Shown: positions 1 through 18,218 of the stretch, in pieces
How positions within the stretch are numbered: position 1 is the first letter of the stretch
Layout of the letters: each line of letters begins with the position of its first letter
From: Eledone cirrhosa
Taxonomy: Eukaryota
DNA: 64,000 bases
NCBI GenBank assembly: GCA_964016885.1
Contig: OZ024742.1
Coordinates: 98,332,001-98,396,000, forward strand
Direction: 5' to 3'
The notes under the pieces: model-generated
What the model saw: the letters and a program-made list of their open reading frames with translations, nothing else
What the model was told of the DNA's origin: nothing
Database searches by the model: none
Position numbers and translations under genes: made by a program

Positions 1-63
1 ATATGACTGACATTCATAGCTTGCAGAACTCTAAGCTTTGTTAGTCCATATAACCATTGGCTG

Positions 64-380
64 CAAATGAATTATAGTGTGCAGGAATCATAATAAATAT
101 ATGTATATATACTAACATACACCAACCCCAACACTCAACACGCACAGACACACACGTGCGCGCGCGTACACACACACACACACACACACATACACACATA
201 TATATATATATATATATGTATATGTATATGTATGTGTGTGTGTGTGTGTGTGCGTGTGCGTGTGTGCGGGTGTGTCTGTGCGCGCGTGTATGTGTGTGTG
301 CGTGTTGAGTGTTGGGGGTTGGTGTATGTTAGTATATATACATATATTTATCATAATTCCTGCACACTATAATTCATTTG
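64..380. repeat. Palindrome with ~80-bp unique arms around a (CA)n-(TA)n-(TG)n centre
   Basis: 64-144 is the near reverse complement of 298-380. Confidence 0.9.
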
Positions 381-403
381 GAAACTCTGCTTCGTAGAAT
401 CGA

Positions 404-497
404 GACATATCCCAGGATCTTGCGATTTCAGAGTCAGGTTCAATCACTGCATCGATAGTGCCTCGGCTGGTCGCCAGAGAAACGATTGTAATATGTC
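404..497 (+). ncRNA. Degenerate type-I hammerhead ribozyme with long stem II
   Basis: Stem I GACATAT/ATATGTC is perfect. The core reads CCCAGGA (2 changes from CTGANGA). Stem II TCTTGCGA/TCGCCAGA is followed by GAAA-CGATTG-TA. The 3' half is repeated at ~12545-12630. Confidence 0.55.
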
Positions 498-829
498 TAA
501 TAAATCATATTCGTCGCACCACTGATTCTCCGTTTCTTATGTGATATATATAAATATATATATATATATAATAAAAAGGACGATTTGTTACGTCTTCATT
601 ACGTTCATTGAGTAGTGACGCGCGTTTCGGTGTAGATCAGCTCAAATTTCGATCTGTATCGACATAGCCCGACTATGGAATCAAATGCTCGTCGGACCTC
701 TGTACTGGTAATGACACAACTCCGACGAGCTTTTCATTCCAGACTAGATTGATATAGTACATTGAGCTGATTAATAGCGAAACGCGCGTCACTACTCAAA
801 TTGTATTATTATTATGATTATTATTATTA

Positions 830-5506
<4,677 letters not shown>

Positions 5507-6739
5507 TGTTAGTGTGTGTGTGTATGTTTGTGTGTGTGTATATATATAGACACACATTGACATACCATGCATTGATGCACACGTAGATAAATACACTGCA
5601 TTTCACCACAAAGACACATGCAATATGCATTATTGCACTTTTGCTCATTTACACATGCTTCATTCTTTGCATAGGTCCTATCAAGCTCACGAAAAGTTTT
5701 AGAATCTTCTGTAATTTCTTTCCTGCATTTATTTGCATTTGTAACTCAATGTTACATCCTTTAGGGATTGAAAACTGTTTGTGCATTGCTGGTGTTATCA
5801 TTGCTGTTGTAATCGTTGATGTTATTATTGCTGTGGTTGATCTTTCTGTTGTTTTTCTTGTTGTTGGGGTTGTTCTTATTGTGTTTTAGCTGTTATTAAT
5901 GGTGTATCTCTTGTTGTCTCTGTCTAAATTGTTGATGTTGTTTCTGTTTAAATCGTGGATGTTCTATCTTCCGTTGCTGTTGGTGTTGTTGCTGCAGTTG
6001 TTGACGCCATCGTCATTGTTTTATGGAATCACTCTTACAGCTGTTGCGTTTTTTTATAATATTGAGTTCACTGTTCTTTCTGATTAGACTAATGAACTAC
6101 TGCTGTTGCTGGTATTGTTTTTGTTCCTTTTAGGCAATATATGTGTATGGCTACATGAGAAAAAATTAACTGCTATTTCTTGCAGTTTGGATAGGAATCT
6201 AAGACCTTTTCATTTTAACATGATAATTGCTGTTGCTGTTGTTTCTGCCTTTGTTATTTTGTTGTTTTAGTGATTGTTGTTGTTGTTGTTGCCACTGCCT
6301 TATGGCTATTTTTTTTTTGGGGGGGGGGTTCTTTGTTATTGTACAACCATATATATATGGCTTTTATGGATTCATACTACATTAGTTTTGCATATCCATT
6401 GTAGTTCCATGGGTCATTCCAGTACACATAAAGCTAGTAGCGTAACTGATACTATGTGCATTATCGTCACTACTGGAAAAAATATGATGTCCATACATCA
6501 CATGTTATGGAAATATCACATAAAGTTGCCACAAACATATTCAAAGCCTGGTATTCAAAAGGCATCTAATCATTGTGAAGATGGAATAAATTCCAATAAA
6601 TATTAATTGGTTAGTAGATATGAACAATTAAATAGATCGGAACGAACGATACTGCTAGAAAATTAAATATTTACCAGAAAACCAGGCTATGTAATAATAA
6701 GTTTAATATATACAAGTTCCCGCAGTGACCCAACGTAAA

Positions 6740-7063
6740 AAGAAGTAAATCATGGTCGGCATCACCTTACAAGACAGGAAAGGTAACACCTGTATTCGAC
6801 AGCAGATTTGTATGAAGGACGAAATTGAAACCATCAAGAATGGTATGCATAGGTGGGCTGGCCACGAATTTCGTTTCAGAGACAACAGATGAACTATTAG
6901 AGTAACAGAGTGGACAGCGAGGAAGTGGAGAAGAACCATAAGGCGGCCATGGGTTAGATTGCGTGATGATCTGACACGATACCTCGACCCCACATGGCTT
7001 AATGTAGTCAGAGATAGGAAGCGGTGGAGGTCAACTAGGGAATGGTTCCTCGAACAGGAGTGA
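6740..7063 (+). mobile_element. RTE-clade LINE 3' remnant
   Basis: The + frame reads ...IRQQICMKDEIETIKNGMHRWAGHEFRFRDNR*TIRVTEW...RRPWVRLRDDL...WLNVVRDRKRWR, the typical RTE C-terminus. Confidence 0.75.
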
Positions 7064-7905
7064 GAATGCCCTGAAATTTGGATTTTGGATGTGACAAGAA
7101 TATATGACACTTTCTCTACATGCTAACATGTAAGCACAGTCGGTATTTCGTCATTCAAACACAATTTATCATCGGGTATATTTGAATTACACGCTGTATA
7201 ATTATTTCCCTAGAATGTGCAAATAAAGACGGTAAACACTAAAGAATAAATATTTATTTTCATTTTTTTAGAAAACAAACACACGAAAAGACCTGTGTCA
7301 TGGGTAAACGGAGATATATTTAGGTGCTATGTGACAAGACACCTCACAACTGATTGATGTGGAAATTTCAAATATTAAGTTAAAACTATTCCCTTTCAAA
7401 GAGAAACCGATTGATTGAAACCGATGCATTGAACTCGTATTGAGAGTTATCTAACTAGTGCTGTTTAATTGTTTAATTATTCGCGACAGCCATTCATATC
7501 ACAATCACGTGTTTCACGTGTGCTTGTGATTTTTTGCGTATATATTCTGCTTCAGCTAAACAGGGGTACATAATTCGATCCAACATATTCGAGATACAGT
7601 CTCATGGTTTGAGGAGCAAACAATTGTTTCTGTGGTAACAGTATTACGTTCGGTGTCATAATTATTCTACGCTCGCTTCAGTTCAACAGTTCCACAGTGT
7701 ATTGCGCTTCCTTGTGTCAAAATAGAAATTTATAAATTACTGTTCCTTATTCAATTACTTACCCACACGGGAAATAAACAAGACACGACATTTATGAAGG
7801 AACAGCATAGGCTACAACGTCAAGTGTTATAGAACTGTCTGCTCAAGAAACCGACGGGCTCATGGCTGAGGATTCACTAGACATGTGTGTGTGTGCGTAT
7901 GTATA

Positions 7906-7964
<59 letters not shown>

Positions 7965-8338
7965 GTGTGTGTGTGTGTGTGTATACATGCGCATATACAC
8001 CACCTATACACCTAGTTGTATGTATCCATGATTTGTACATACAGATAAAGTGAGAAATATACCAGAAAATGTAGAGGCACAGGCAGGAAGATATAGAGAT
8101 AATGAAGACGAGAGGAATATGTGAGGATGATAGCGAGATAGTGAAGGGGATATGAAGATAGAGAGAGAGGTAGCAATATAGAAGAAAAAATGCAGGGAAG
8201 TAAAGATTTCAAAGTAAATGGTAGAATAAAAAAAGGAAAATGTAAAATTTGAAAGACAATAAAGAGTGAAGGGATGAAAAAAGGAATAAAAATATGTATT
8301 TATATATACATATATATATATTCATACATATATATATA

Positions 8339-8428
<90 letters not shown>

Positions 8429-9243
8429 TGTGTGTATATGTATGTGTGTGTGTGTCTGTTTGTGTGTCTGGGTGTGTCTGTGTGTGTATGTGTGTATGGA
8501 CGTATGCATATATGTATGTATTTATGCATGTATAAATGTATGTATTTTTTTAGTATATCAGAAAGAGATAAAGATTGAAAATCCAAAGGAAAAACGAGGA
8601 AAAAATGAAACGTAATCATAGATAAAGCTATATTAAGAGATATAAACGAGAGAAAAATAAAGATGGTGGAAAATTTTAGGAAGTCAAAAGAAAATGAAAA
8701 ATCTTAAGAAATATATACAAAATTAAAAGAAAATATTTTACAAAATGGATGAGAATGAAGGTTTGTAATACGTAAAGTATTTTTCAATGAAATTGTTTTT
8801 ACCTTTAACTATATTATGAAGAGAATAGAAATGTGAAAAGATTCAAGGGATTATGGGGTAGGAAATGTTATAAAACCATTACAGGCAAAGAGAGAAGGTT
8901 TAGAAATAATACATTTAAAATGAATTCTCTGAATATACTCTGAATAAATGTATACACAAATGCATACTTAAAAGATATAAAAACAAAATCGCATTCATAC
9001 ATATTTATATACATACATACATACTTATATACATACATATATACATACATACTTGAACATGCACAGACTCATACACACAAACACACTCTTACAAATACAC
9101 ATATGTATACGCAGATATACATGCATACATGTACACTCACACAAGCACACAAGCACACAAGCACACACAGAAATATACATATATGAATTATATATACATG
9201 AGCATCCACTCATTATCAATGCATAAAACTGAATATTTATGAC

Positions 9244-9277
<34 letters not shown>

Positions 9278-9481
9278 GTGTGTATGTGGATGATTGTGTG
9301 CATAGAAGGTTTGGTGTGCATGTATAGATTCTTGAATTTACATGCACGACGTCTATTTCTCTAACTGTCGAACTATTTATCTCTCTCTTACTTTTTTTAT
9401 ATCAATCAATAAAACTATCTATCTCTATCTCTCTATTTCTATCTTCCTCGCTCTCTCTCTCTCCCCTCTATCACTCTCTCC

Positions 9482-9552
<71 letters not shown>

Positions 9553-9728
9553 TATAGAGAGAGAGTGTGTGTGTGTGAGTACATGTGAGTGTATTTGTGC
9601 ACATAAATATATATGCATGTTATGAATTTCTACACATACACATATGTGGGGTATTATATAAATGCAGAGTAGCAACAGTAAATAATATAAACCTAAAAGT
9701 GAAGTTGCATATATATAATATATAATTA

Positions 9729-10081
9729 TTTCTACTTTTGGCACAAGGCCATCAAATATCCCAGTGTATTACTGGTACTTTATTTTATCGACTCCGTTAA
9801 GATGAAAGGCGAAGTTAACCTCGGCGGGATTTGAATAACTTAGTCTGGGTTAAACGCTGTTGTGAATATTTAGAAATGTACTACTTAATATAACTGTTTC
9901 TACTTTAGGCACAAGGCCAGCAATTACCCAGTGCATTACTGGTACTTTATTTTGTCGACCCCGTAAGGATGAAAGGCAAAGTCAACCTCAGCGGGATTTG
10001 AACTCAGATCGTAAAGGAACGTAACTATGCTGGAAAGCATGGCGTCCGACCCTCTACCGATACTGCCAATCCACCGCCCTA
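9729..10081 (-). mobile_element. Two MetaSINE/MESC-type tRNA-derived SINE copies (one partial)
   Basis: Reverse complement reads agggcggtggattggcagtatcggtag, B-box gagttcaaatccc, and core gttgactttgcctttcatccttacggggtcgacaaaataaagtaccag. Confidence 0.8.
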
Positions 10082-10281
10082 CTTAATATAATCCACCGTA
10101 CTACTTAATATAACATATTTTAAATATACTCACCAAGGCTTTGTAAAGACTTCAGATATGTATTCCTTTGCGGTTGTTTGAGTTGCATATTTATGATGCC
10201 AATCCATCTAGGGTGGAACATGTATTCAGATATGCATTGTATTGTCAACCTATAGGAAAGTACATAAGTTTGATATATACT

Positions 10282-10335
<54 letters not shown>

Positions 10336-10547
10336 GTTTCTGAATTTGTTTAGCAAGATTCTTTATCTGAAATCGTGTGTTGAAACCGATATTGTTATAC
10401 TTTGGGAGGGTCATGTTGCCAATAAGAAACACACGCACCAGTTGCTTTCACTTCAATTTAATTTAATATATATTTATAAATTTACAAATTTATAAATTTC
10501 TGGTTGGTTGGTTGGTTCCACAACCAGATAGTTGTTTATATATATAT

Positions 10548-10592
10548 AGTCATAGTTCTTTCGTCACACACTCTGTGACCTCTTCAGTGACT
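10548..10592 (-). ncRNA. Hammerhead ribozyme (inverted pLTR copy, family 1)
   Basis: Exact reverse complement of 11570-11614. Confidence 0.85.
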
Positions 10593-11569
10593 GGGGATTT
10601 CTTTCTTCGTTTCTGTGCCTTTCCTTTCTTCTATCCTACGCCATTTTGTTTGTGTGTGGGTTGCGTGCTCAGTTTGCGCATGCGCCACATCCGGGTGTCT
10701 GTGTGTGTTTGTGTTCATTTTTCTATTTTTATATTTTTATAATACAACCCCTAGAGGTGAACTAGCCTACAAATTTAGAAGGGCCCTAAAGAAACATAAT
10801 CTCAATATTAAGATAGTAGAAAGACCTGGTACCTCCGTAAAAACACTTATTAGCAAGACATACCCGTTCCAAAGACCCTCATGTATAGATAAGAAATGTA
10901 TAACCTGTAAAATAAGCCCCCATATTAACTGTAAAACTAGAAATGTAGTATATAGCATAAGATGTACTGAGGGACAATGTAGAAACAAAAATATAGTGTA
11001 CATAGGTGAGACAGCTCGTAGTATAGGGGAACGAATAAATGAACACTGGCGAGACCTCCAAGATAGTAAAGAATCATCTGTGCTCTACCAACATGCTAAG
11101 ATAGAACACAGGGGTAAATTAGAGAGCATAGAAATAAAAATAGAATCCACACACAAGAAAGACGCAATGTTTAGGCAAATTACAGAGGCAGTAAGCATAA
11201 AAGAATTAAAACCAAAATTAAATAGAAAATATGAGTGGAACAGCAACATCACAACTTACAATTAAGGACAAAATGAAAACACACACACACATATATAAAC
11301 AACTTACAATTGAAAACACACACAAAATGAAAACACACACAAGACAAAATGAAAACACACACACACATAGAACAAACAACCAACCAACAATAAATAAATA
11401 AATAAACAAACAAATATAAATATAAAAATATAAAAATAGAAAAATGAACACAAACACACACAGACACCCGGATGTGGCGCATGCGCAAACTGAGCACGCA
11501 ACCCACACACAAACAAAATGGCGTAGGATAGAAGAAAGGAAAGGCACAGAAACGAAGAAAGAAATCCCC

Positions 11570-11614
11570 AGTCACTGAAGAGGTCACAGAGTGTGTGACG
11601 AAAGAACTATGACT
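11570..11614 (+). ncRNA. Minimal type-I hammerhead ribozyme in PLE family-1 pLTR
   Basis: AGTCA-CTGAAGA-G-GTCAC agagtgt GTGAC-GAAA-G aa C-TA-TGACT, with predicted cleavage after CUA. Confidence 0.85.
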
Positions 11615-11765
11615 ATATATATATAAACAACTATCTGGTTGTGGAACCAACCAACCAACCAGAAATTTATAAATTTGTAAATTTATAAATATATATTAAA
11701 TTAAATTGAAGTGAAAGCAACTGGTGCGTGTGTTTCTTATTGGCAACATGACCCTCCCAAAGTAT

Positions 11766-11820
<55 letters not shown>

Positions 11821-11825
11821 ATATT

Positions 11826-12200
11826 ACAAATGGAAACTATATTTATAAAACCATATTTATTTCATTAAACATATTTCAAGGGCCCCCAAGGCAAAATATG
11901 GTGCGCCTTTCATCAGATAAAATATAATATAGGTTAGTTTTATAAATAAATATTGATACACCCTGAAAAAATGAAACCATTCTGGTTGGAATCACCTGTA
12001 TTATATTTTATCTGATGAAAGTGCACCATAGTTGCCTTGGTGGCCCTTGAAATATGTATAATGAAATAAATATGGTTTTATAAATATAGTTTCTATTTGT
12101 TAATATATTGTATATTTACTCCAATAATTTGTTGAGTGCTTTATATCAGTTATAAAAATATGTTGCTTGTTGTATCCCAACAAATTAAATATAACCTCTA
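11826..12200. mobile_element. ORF-less fold-back pLTR unit with a hammerhead in each arm
   Basis: Arms 11826-11929 and 11999-12100 are inverted repeats. A related tail occurs inverted at ~34200-34350. Confidence 0.75.
12005..12067 (+). ncRNA. Type-I hammerhead ribozyme (mirror copy at 11859-11923 on - strand)
   Basis: ATTTTAT-CTGATGA-AAG..CACCA..TGGTG..CTT-GAAA-TATGTA-TA-ATGAAAT, with predicted cleavage after AUA. Confidence 0.85.
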
Positions 12201-12239
12201 CATACATATATATATATATAGAGAGAGAGAGAGATAGAT

Positions 12240-12440
12240 ATATTTCTTTATTAGCCACAAGGGCGCACAAGAAAAGGGGACAATACAAACACATGCCTGG
12301 GATTTTACATACAGCCGTGTAAAAAATATAAAAACAAACAATTACAACAATCGAAATCCCCAATAGGGGGGAGGCGCCACAAATGGGTTGTTTAATACCC
12401 CGTCGATAGAACAACCCTCAACTCCAGGAGCGTGTTGTGC

Positions 12441-12442
<2 letters not shown>
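12240..12442 (-). mobile_element. Tx1 LINE 3' UTR fragment
   Basis: Shares tttattagccacaaggg and ccccaataggggga blocks with the 3' UTRs at 17660 and 18785. Confidence 0.7.
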
Positions 12443-12494
<52 letters not shown>

Positions 12495-12631
12495 TATAAT
12501 TGGTGTTGAATGTTTAAAGCGGCGTCCGTATGCGGTTGGCCGTTTGAGCATTCGATTGTGCTTCGAGCTGGTCGCCAGAGAAACGATTGTAATATGTCCA
12601 ATAAATTCCATTTGTCGCTTCTCTTTTCTTT

Positions 12632-12707
<76 letters not shown>

Positions 12708-12959
12708 AGATTAAGGTAATATCTGTGAAACTCAGGACTCTATATGTACACACACACACACATATAGATATGGGGAATCTATAATATGAGCTAGAAAGAC
12801 ATACCGGAGTGTAGACCTGAGGGTACATTTGATGCTAGATAGATACTATGAAGATTAGAGCTTGATAGAAGAGGTGCCCTTATTGTTTATGTCTTTTTTT
12901 TTTGGTGTGGTAGAATGATATTTTAGGATAGTAAGTTTTATAATGAGAGTTAGGGGTAA

Positions 12960-13200
12960 GCTCGGAATGCAAGATTCATAATTGCGACGGTCTAGATGTT
13001 CGTCAGGTTTCTTCTAATTATGTAGGATGTATTTCAGCACGTAGCGTCAGAAGTTGAAAATATTGGTCCTCGTATTTGCGCACGTTTTCGTAGTATGCAG
13101 TTATCTGAAGCTATTCCATTGTTAATTGTTGCACGATTGACATGCCTTCCTACAGATTTGTTAAGGATTTGATTTTTTATATAATGGATAAGACTGCACA
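12960..13200 (-). mobile_element. Possible CR1-like LINE 3' remnant
   Basis: Degenerate GRH...RGPIF...KKPDEHL...CIP pattern resembling CR1 C-termini. Confidence 0.35.
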
Positions 13201-13559
13201 GGCATCCTTCAGGAACAAATTTGCAGCAGGCATCTGCCAAAATGCCAACGATAAAGTCTGACATGTATACCTGAATCTTGTATGGCAGATCATCCCACCA
13301 GGCAATTTGCCCAACCTGCATCCAGTCATCTCCTACCATATCTCAGTGGCTGTATCGGCTTTACACCTCAATCTCCCTCCGAGGTGGAGAGCCGTGTCAG
13401 GCCACCACTCTCGAACAGTTGAGCAAAGTGCAGCTGAAAAATCAGTAAGACAATTTAAAACCTGGCAGAGATCATCTTCTCTCCAAGTCTGAAAACGGCA
13501 GATTTCTTCCAGAGAAAGATAGAGTGTGTGAGTGAATGGAAGTGAGAAGAAATATAGAA

Positions 13560-13720
13560 AATGAATCAACCCCAGTACTAGAATACTACTTTTTATCCAC
13601 CTTGAAAGGATGAAAGGCAAAGTCGACGTCGATGGGATTTGAACTCAGCAACCTGAGAGATGAAACGAATACCACAAAGCATCCTATCTAACTTTCCAAT
13701 TAGTTTACCAATTCAACGCC
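13560..13720 (-). mobile_element. MetaSINE-type SINE, diverged
   Basis: aaggatgaaaggcaaagtcgac...gggatttgaactcag. Confidence 0.75.
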
Positions 13721-14599
13721 TTGCTTGAACATATCTGAAATGTAAGCATGCAGACATGCAAGAAAATAAGAATTTCCCTTTCAAATGAAAAATGATAACC
13801 ATCTTTAATCGGGTTTCAGATCTAATTTGATCCTCATCAGTAGACGCGTATATCATCAAGGAAATATATAACAATTCGCTTTTTGTATTATTCTGAAATT
13901 GACGAACTAATTTGCATATAATTAATGCTGTGGTTCTTAATTAATTAAGATATATGTTAAGAAGTGCACAAGCAGACAAAGTGCGTTTACGATAAAAGTG
14001 CCCGTGTCTGTGAACTGCACAAGCACTAACACACTCTTTTCATAATTGATCGAACATTTGGAAAACTCATCGTCAAAATCAACGGTTTCCCATGTTATTC
14101 CACTCGAAATTTAATATAGATATAATAGTGATAGTAGTGGTAAAGAGTGAGTCCAATATACGTGTAGTGAATGTGTGAAAACAAGCAAAGGAGCAGATGT
14201 AGCGTGGTAATAGTGATGATGATGGTGGTAGTGGTGGTGGCAAGATAAAAGTGGAGGAGTGTAATTCAAAAAGAAGGAAGAGCTTTGATCCTTCATGCCG
14301 CTCCAGTTAATCATCATGGGTAACTGTTGAGTTCAGTGCACAGGGCTTGAAACTTTAACCTCTACGGTTCAGCCAATCAGTATCTTTATTGAGGCGTGCA
14401 GCACAATCAGTGTTGCATGCTGGTTAAAATGGAGATGTCAGATGGTGTTATTGCAAAGAGATAAATTTAGTCGAATGATTTATCAAAGGGGCGATGTAAG
14501 AGTGCATATGTGCGCGTCTATGTGCGAAAATGTTATGAGTGTATGAGTGAGTAAACGTTGTCTAATCTATATGTGTACATGTATGGATTTAATATGTGA

Positions 14600-14630
<31 letters not shown>

Positions 14631-14747
14631 TATGTGTGTATGTATGTATGTATTTATGTAGATATATACACATATACATATACATGTATATGCGCGCTTA
14701 TGCATATAAGCATATGCACACTCGTATACATATGGAACTGAATATAA

Positions 14748-14794
<47 letters not shown>

Positions 14795-14812
14795 CACACA
14801 CACACCATACAC

Positions 14813-14846
<34 letters not shown>

Positions 14847-15394
14847 GGTGTGTGTGTGGGTTTGTGTATATGTGTATGTGTGTGTGGGGGAGGGAGGTGG
14901 GTGAAAGTTCTAGTTAATGAAGTAATAAGCCATTATCAAAGCAAGAACTTAAGTTATTAAGTAGCTTAGAAATTAAGTTATTTATTGAATTGTTTCATTA
15001 CAACTTGCAGTATGATACAATCCTATAATATTTGTCTGATAGTAGATGAATATCTCTCTAATTCTCCCTCGTTCTCAATCACACACAGCAATATCATGTC
15101 ACCGATGACTAGGTGTTTGGAATCTTTCATATCAGTACGTCTGACAAATAAATGTTGCATAACCAATTCTGGGTTTTGTCTATTTGTAGGTAATTTCTGT
15201 CAGAGAAATTACAAGTTATTATGCAAACGATATTGCTAATTTGAGTTTCCAATTCTCTCCAACATTTGTCTGATATAAGGGAACAGTGACAATCTAAGTT
15301 GCTATAAACATCGTGAAACTGTTGCCATGCTATGAAGTAAAATATTTACATGAAGTAAGATACCTACATGAGAATTGCATTCTATATATATATA

Positions 15395-15920
15395 TATAAT
15401 CAAGGTTTAGCAAATAAGATAAAGTTTCAAAATAAATTTTAAAAAATTAACTGTACTTACTATGGTTACCTTTACCGAGTCGGTTTCGATTCTCAAAGAT
15501 AAACGGAGTCCATACGGCCTTCGTTGCAAAGAAAGAATCTCGTCAGAAGGATCTTTTCATTCGGAGAATATAAAATTTTCGAATTCAAATTACGAACTGG
15601 CGCTATTCAAAATTGTTCCCGAGATGAGAGTAAATGAAGTGGAATCAATTTTTTCAAGGGCCGAGTGTAAAGATAAAGGCAGAGGCAGAGAGGTCAGATG
15701 GCTACTGCTATAACTAGCAGCAGTCAGAACGACCAAATTGTTCTCAACATAGAGGAGTTTAGTAATAATAGGATATGTGTTCCTACACGCACAAGGCGCT
15801 AAGGGACACATGTATTGTCCAACCATATGCCAATGTGGTTCAATGGCAGGTTAATAAATTAACGAGCCAGAACATATATAATCAAGGTTTAGCAAATAAG
15901 ATAAAGTTTCAAAATAAAAG
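15395..15920 (-). mobile_element. ~480-bp hammerhead-bearing unit with ~45-bp direct terminal repeat (partial-tandem pLTR or retrozyme-like)
   Basis: atatataatcaaggtttagcaaataagataaagtttcaaaataaa occurs at ~15392 and ~15874, with an HHR between them. Confidence 0.65.
15468..15551 (-). ncRNA. Intact type-I hammerhead ribozyme
   Basis: Reverse complement: CCTT-CTGACGA-GATTCTT...GAGAATC-GAAA-CCGACTCGG-TA-AAGG, with predicted cleavage after GUA. Confidence 0.88.
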
Positions 15921-15987
15921 ATATATATTTATATATATGCAACACTTTCACGATAACTATTGCAACTTAGATTTTCGCTGTGGTGAT

Positions 15988-16056
<69 letters not shown>

Positions 16057-16198
16057 TGTGCTCGTGTGCTCATACATCCACAAGGAAGTCACTGAATCAT
16101 TTGTTATATAGGTACATATGTAGGTGAAAAACGACACTCAAACACACAGTCACATAAATATATATATATATGTGTGTGTATATATATATATATATGTG

Positions 16199-16292
<94 letters not shown>

Positions 16293-16342
16293 CATATATA
16301 TACATATATATATGTATATATGTATGTATATGTGTGTGTATG

Positions 16343-16496
<154 letters not shown>

Positions 16497-16721
16497 ATAT
16501 ATATATATATAGATATATAGATAGACAGACAGACAAATAGATAGATAGATAGATATGTGTGTGTGTATTATTATACTTGGGGAGGGTCATATTGTTGTAA
16601 CATATATATGTACCTATACAACAAGTGATTCAGTGGCTTGCTAGTGGTTTAAACCGAGCTGAATTATCCGAATAAGATGAAACAATTGTTCTCCTAAATA
16701 TTGGGTAAGTACTTCGATATA

Positions 16722-16804
<83 letters not shown>

Positions 16805-16809
<5 letters not shown>

Positions 16810-16960
16810 CCGGGCGATGCGTTATGTCGTTGGGCAAGACACTTTATTTCACGTTGCTCCTTCTACCTGGAGTTGCGACCGATAGATAGTATTAGCAACT
16901 GGAAAGACCGACGGAAACATTGTTTCCTCGGTCCGATTTGACGAAAGTCGTTCGTCCTTA
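16805..16960 (+). mobile_element. SINE fragment (second SINE type)
   Basis: ttatgtcgttgggcaagacactttatttcacgttgctcc, a CORE-like SINE body motif. Confidence 0.5.
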
Positions 16961-16982
16961 AAATATATATATATATATATAT

Positions 16983-17055
<73 letters not shown>

Positions 17056-17112
17056 TGTGTGTGTATGTGTGTGTGTGCGTGCGTGTGTGTGTGTGTGCGT
17101 GTATGTGTGCGT

Positions 17113-17153
<41 letters not shown>

Positions 17154-17528
17154 TGTGTGTGTGTGTGTGTGTGTTTAGGGACATAATCAGGTTCTGTTCA
17201 GCAAATTCAACTCTTCAACGCACATGGAATTAATTGATTAACTCTAAATTATACTAGAAGACGCTAGTCCAAAATAATATATAGCAGGGCTGATGTACCA
17301 GCTTGAGAAGCAAAATCATTAATTCATACCTCTACATGTAATCATAGGTGTGTGCGTGCGCCCGAGCGCACGCTCGTGCGCGCGCGTGTGTGTGTGTGAG
17401 CATATATATATATATATTTATATATATATAAATATATATATATTTATATATATATATTTATATATATATCATATATATATGTGTGTGCCTGTGTGTGTGT
17501 GTGTATGTATGTTGTGCGTATATATATG

Positions 17529-17595
<67 letters not shown>

Positions 17596-17657
17596 ATATG
17601 TATGTATATATATATATATATAAAAGAGAGAGGGAGAGATAGATAAATAGATATATA

Positions 17658-18165
17658 TGTTTATTTATTAGCCACAGGGGCACAAAAGAAGGGGACAAAT
17701 ACAAAAGGGGATGTTTACATACAATAAAAACGTGTAAAATACTATCACAAATGCAATTTAAAAAACAATCGATTATCCCCAATAGGGGAGACATTACATA
17801 TGGGTAACGCATACCCCCGAAAAAATGTGCAACCCTCATTTCCAGGAGTACGAAGAGTTTGTACCCCTCTCCTCTCTTCCTCTTTTTGCTCAACCTACAG
17901 GCTGATATAGAGGGAAGGCCCATTCACTCGAGCCATTCTGGCCACTTTCACCCACCTTTCATAAAACTTGCTGGGGTACAGCACCTCTCTCTACATCCTG
18001 ACTCTTCTTCTAAAGTGGTCTTTGAAAACAAGTATCAGTTGTTGGCCGGAGAGAAAGGTGTCTGACCTCAGCCCTTTTAACCTCGTCCACCATACAACCT
18101 CTTTCGCCATAGCTATCACACAAAGGAAAACCGCTTCTCCTTCGTGTTTGAAGGAGGGTGGCGGA
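17658..18165 (-). mobile_element. Tx1 LINE 3' end fragment
   Basis: Reverse complement encodes [31 protein letters not shown]...ERWVKVARMARVNG, homologous to ORF 19024-19677. Confidence 0.85.
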
Positions 18166-18182
18166 GATAGATAGATAGATAT

Positions 18183-18218
<36 letters not shown>

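Larger units (their letters stand above)
10331..11772 (+). mobile_element. 5'-truncated Penelope-like element (family 1): inverted pLTR + GIY-YIG endonuclease + pLTR
   Basis: The ORF portion 10742-11265 contains NCKTRNVVYSIRC...VYIGETARSIGERINEH...RQITEAVSIKELKPKLNRK. ~10388-10741 is the reverse complement of ~11420-11772. Both ends abut (TA)n. Confidence 0.92.

Noticed and set aside
7845-7880. GAAA-CCGACGG...CTGAGGA as a type-II hammerhead
   Set aside because: It lacks the UH cleavage site and stem II closure.
15461-15640. Possible host exon ending at a GTAAGT donor on the - strand
   Set aside because: It is better explained as an HHR-bearing repeat, and no convincing coding frame is present.
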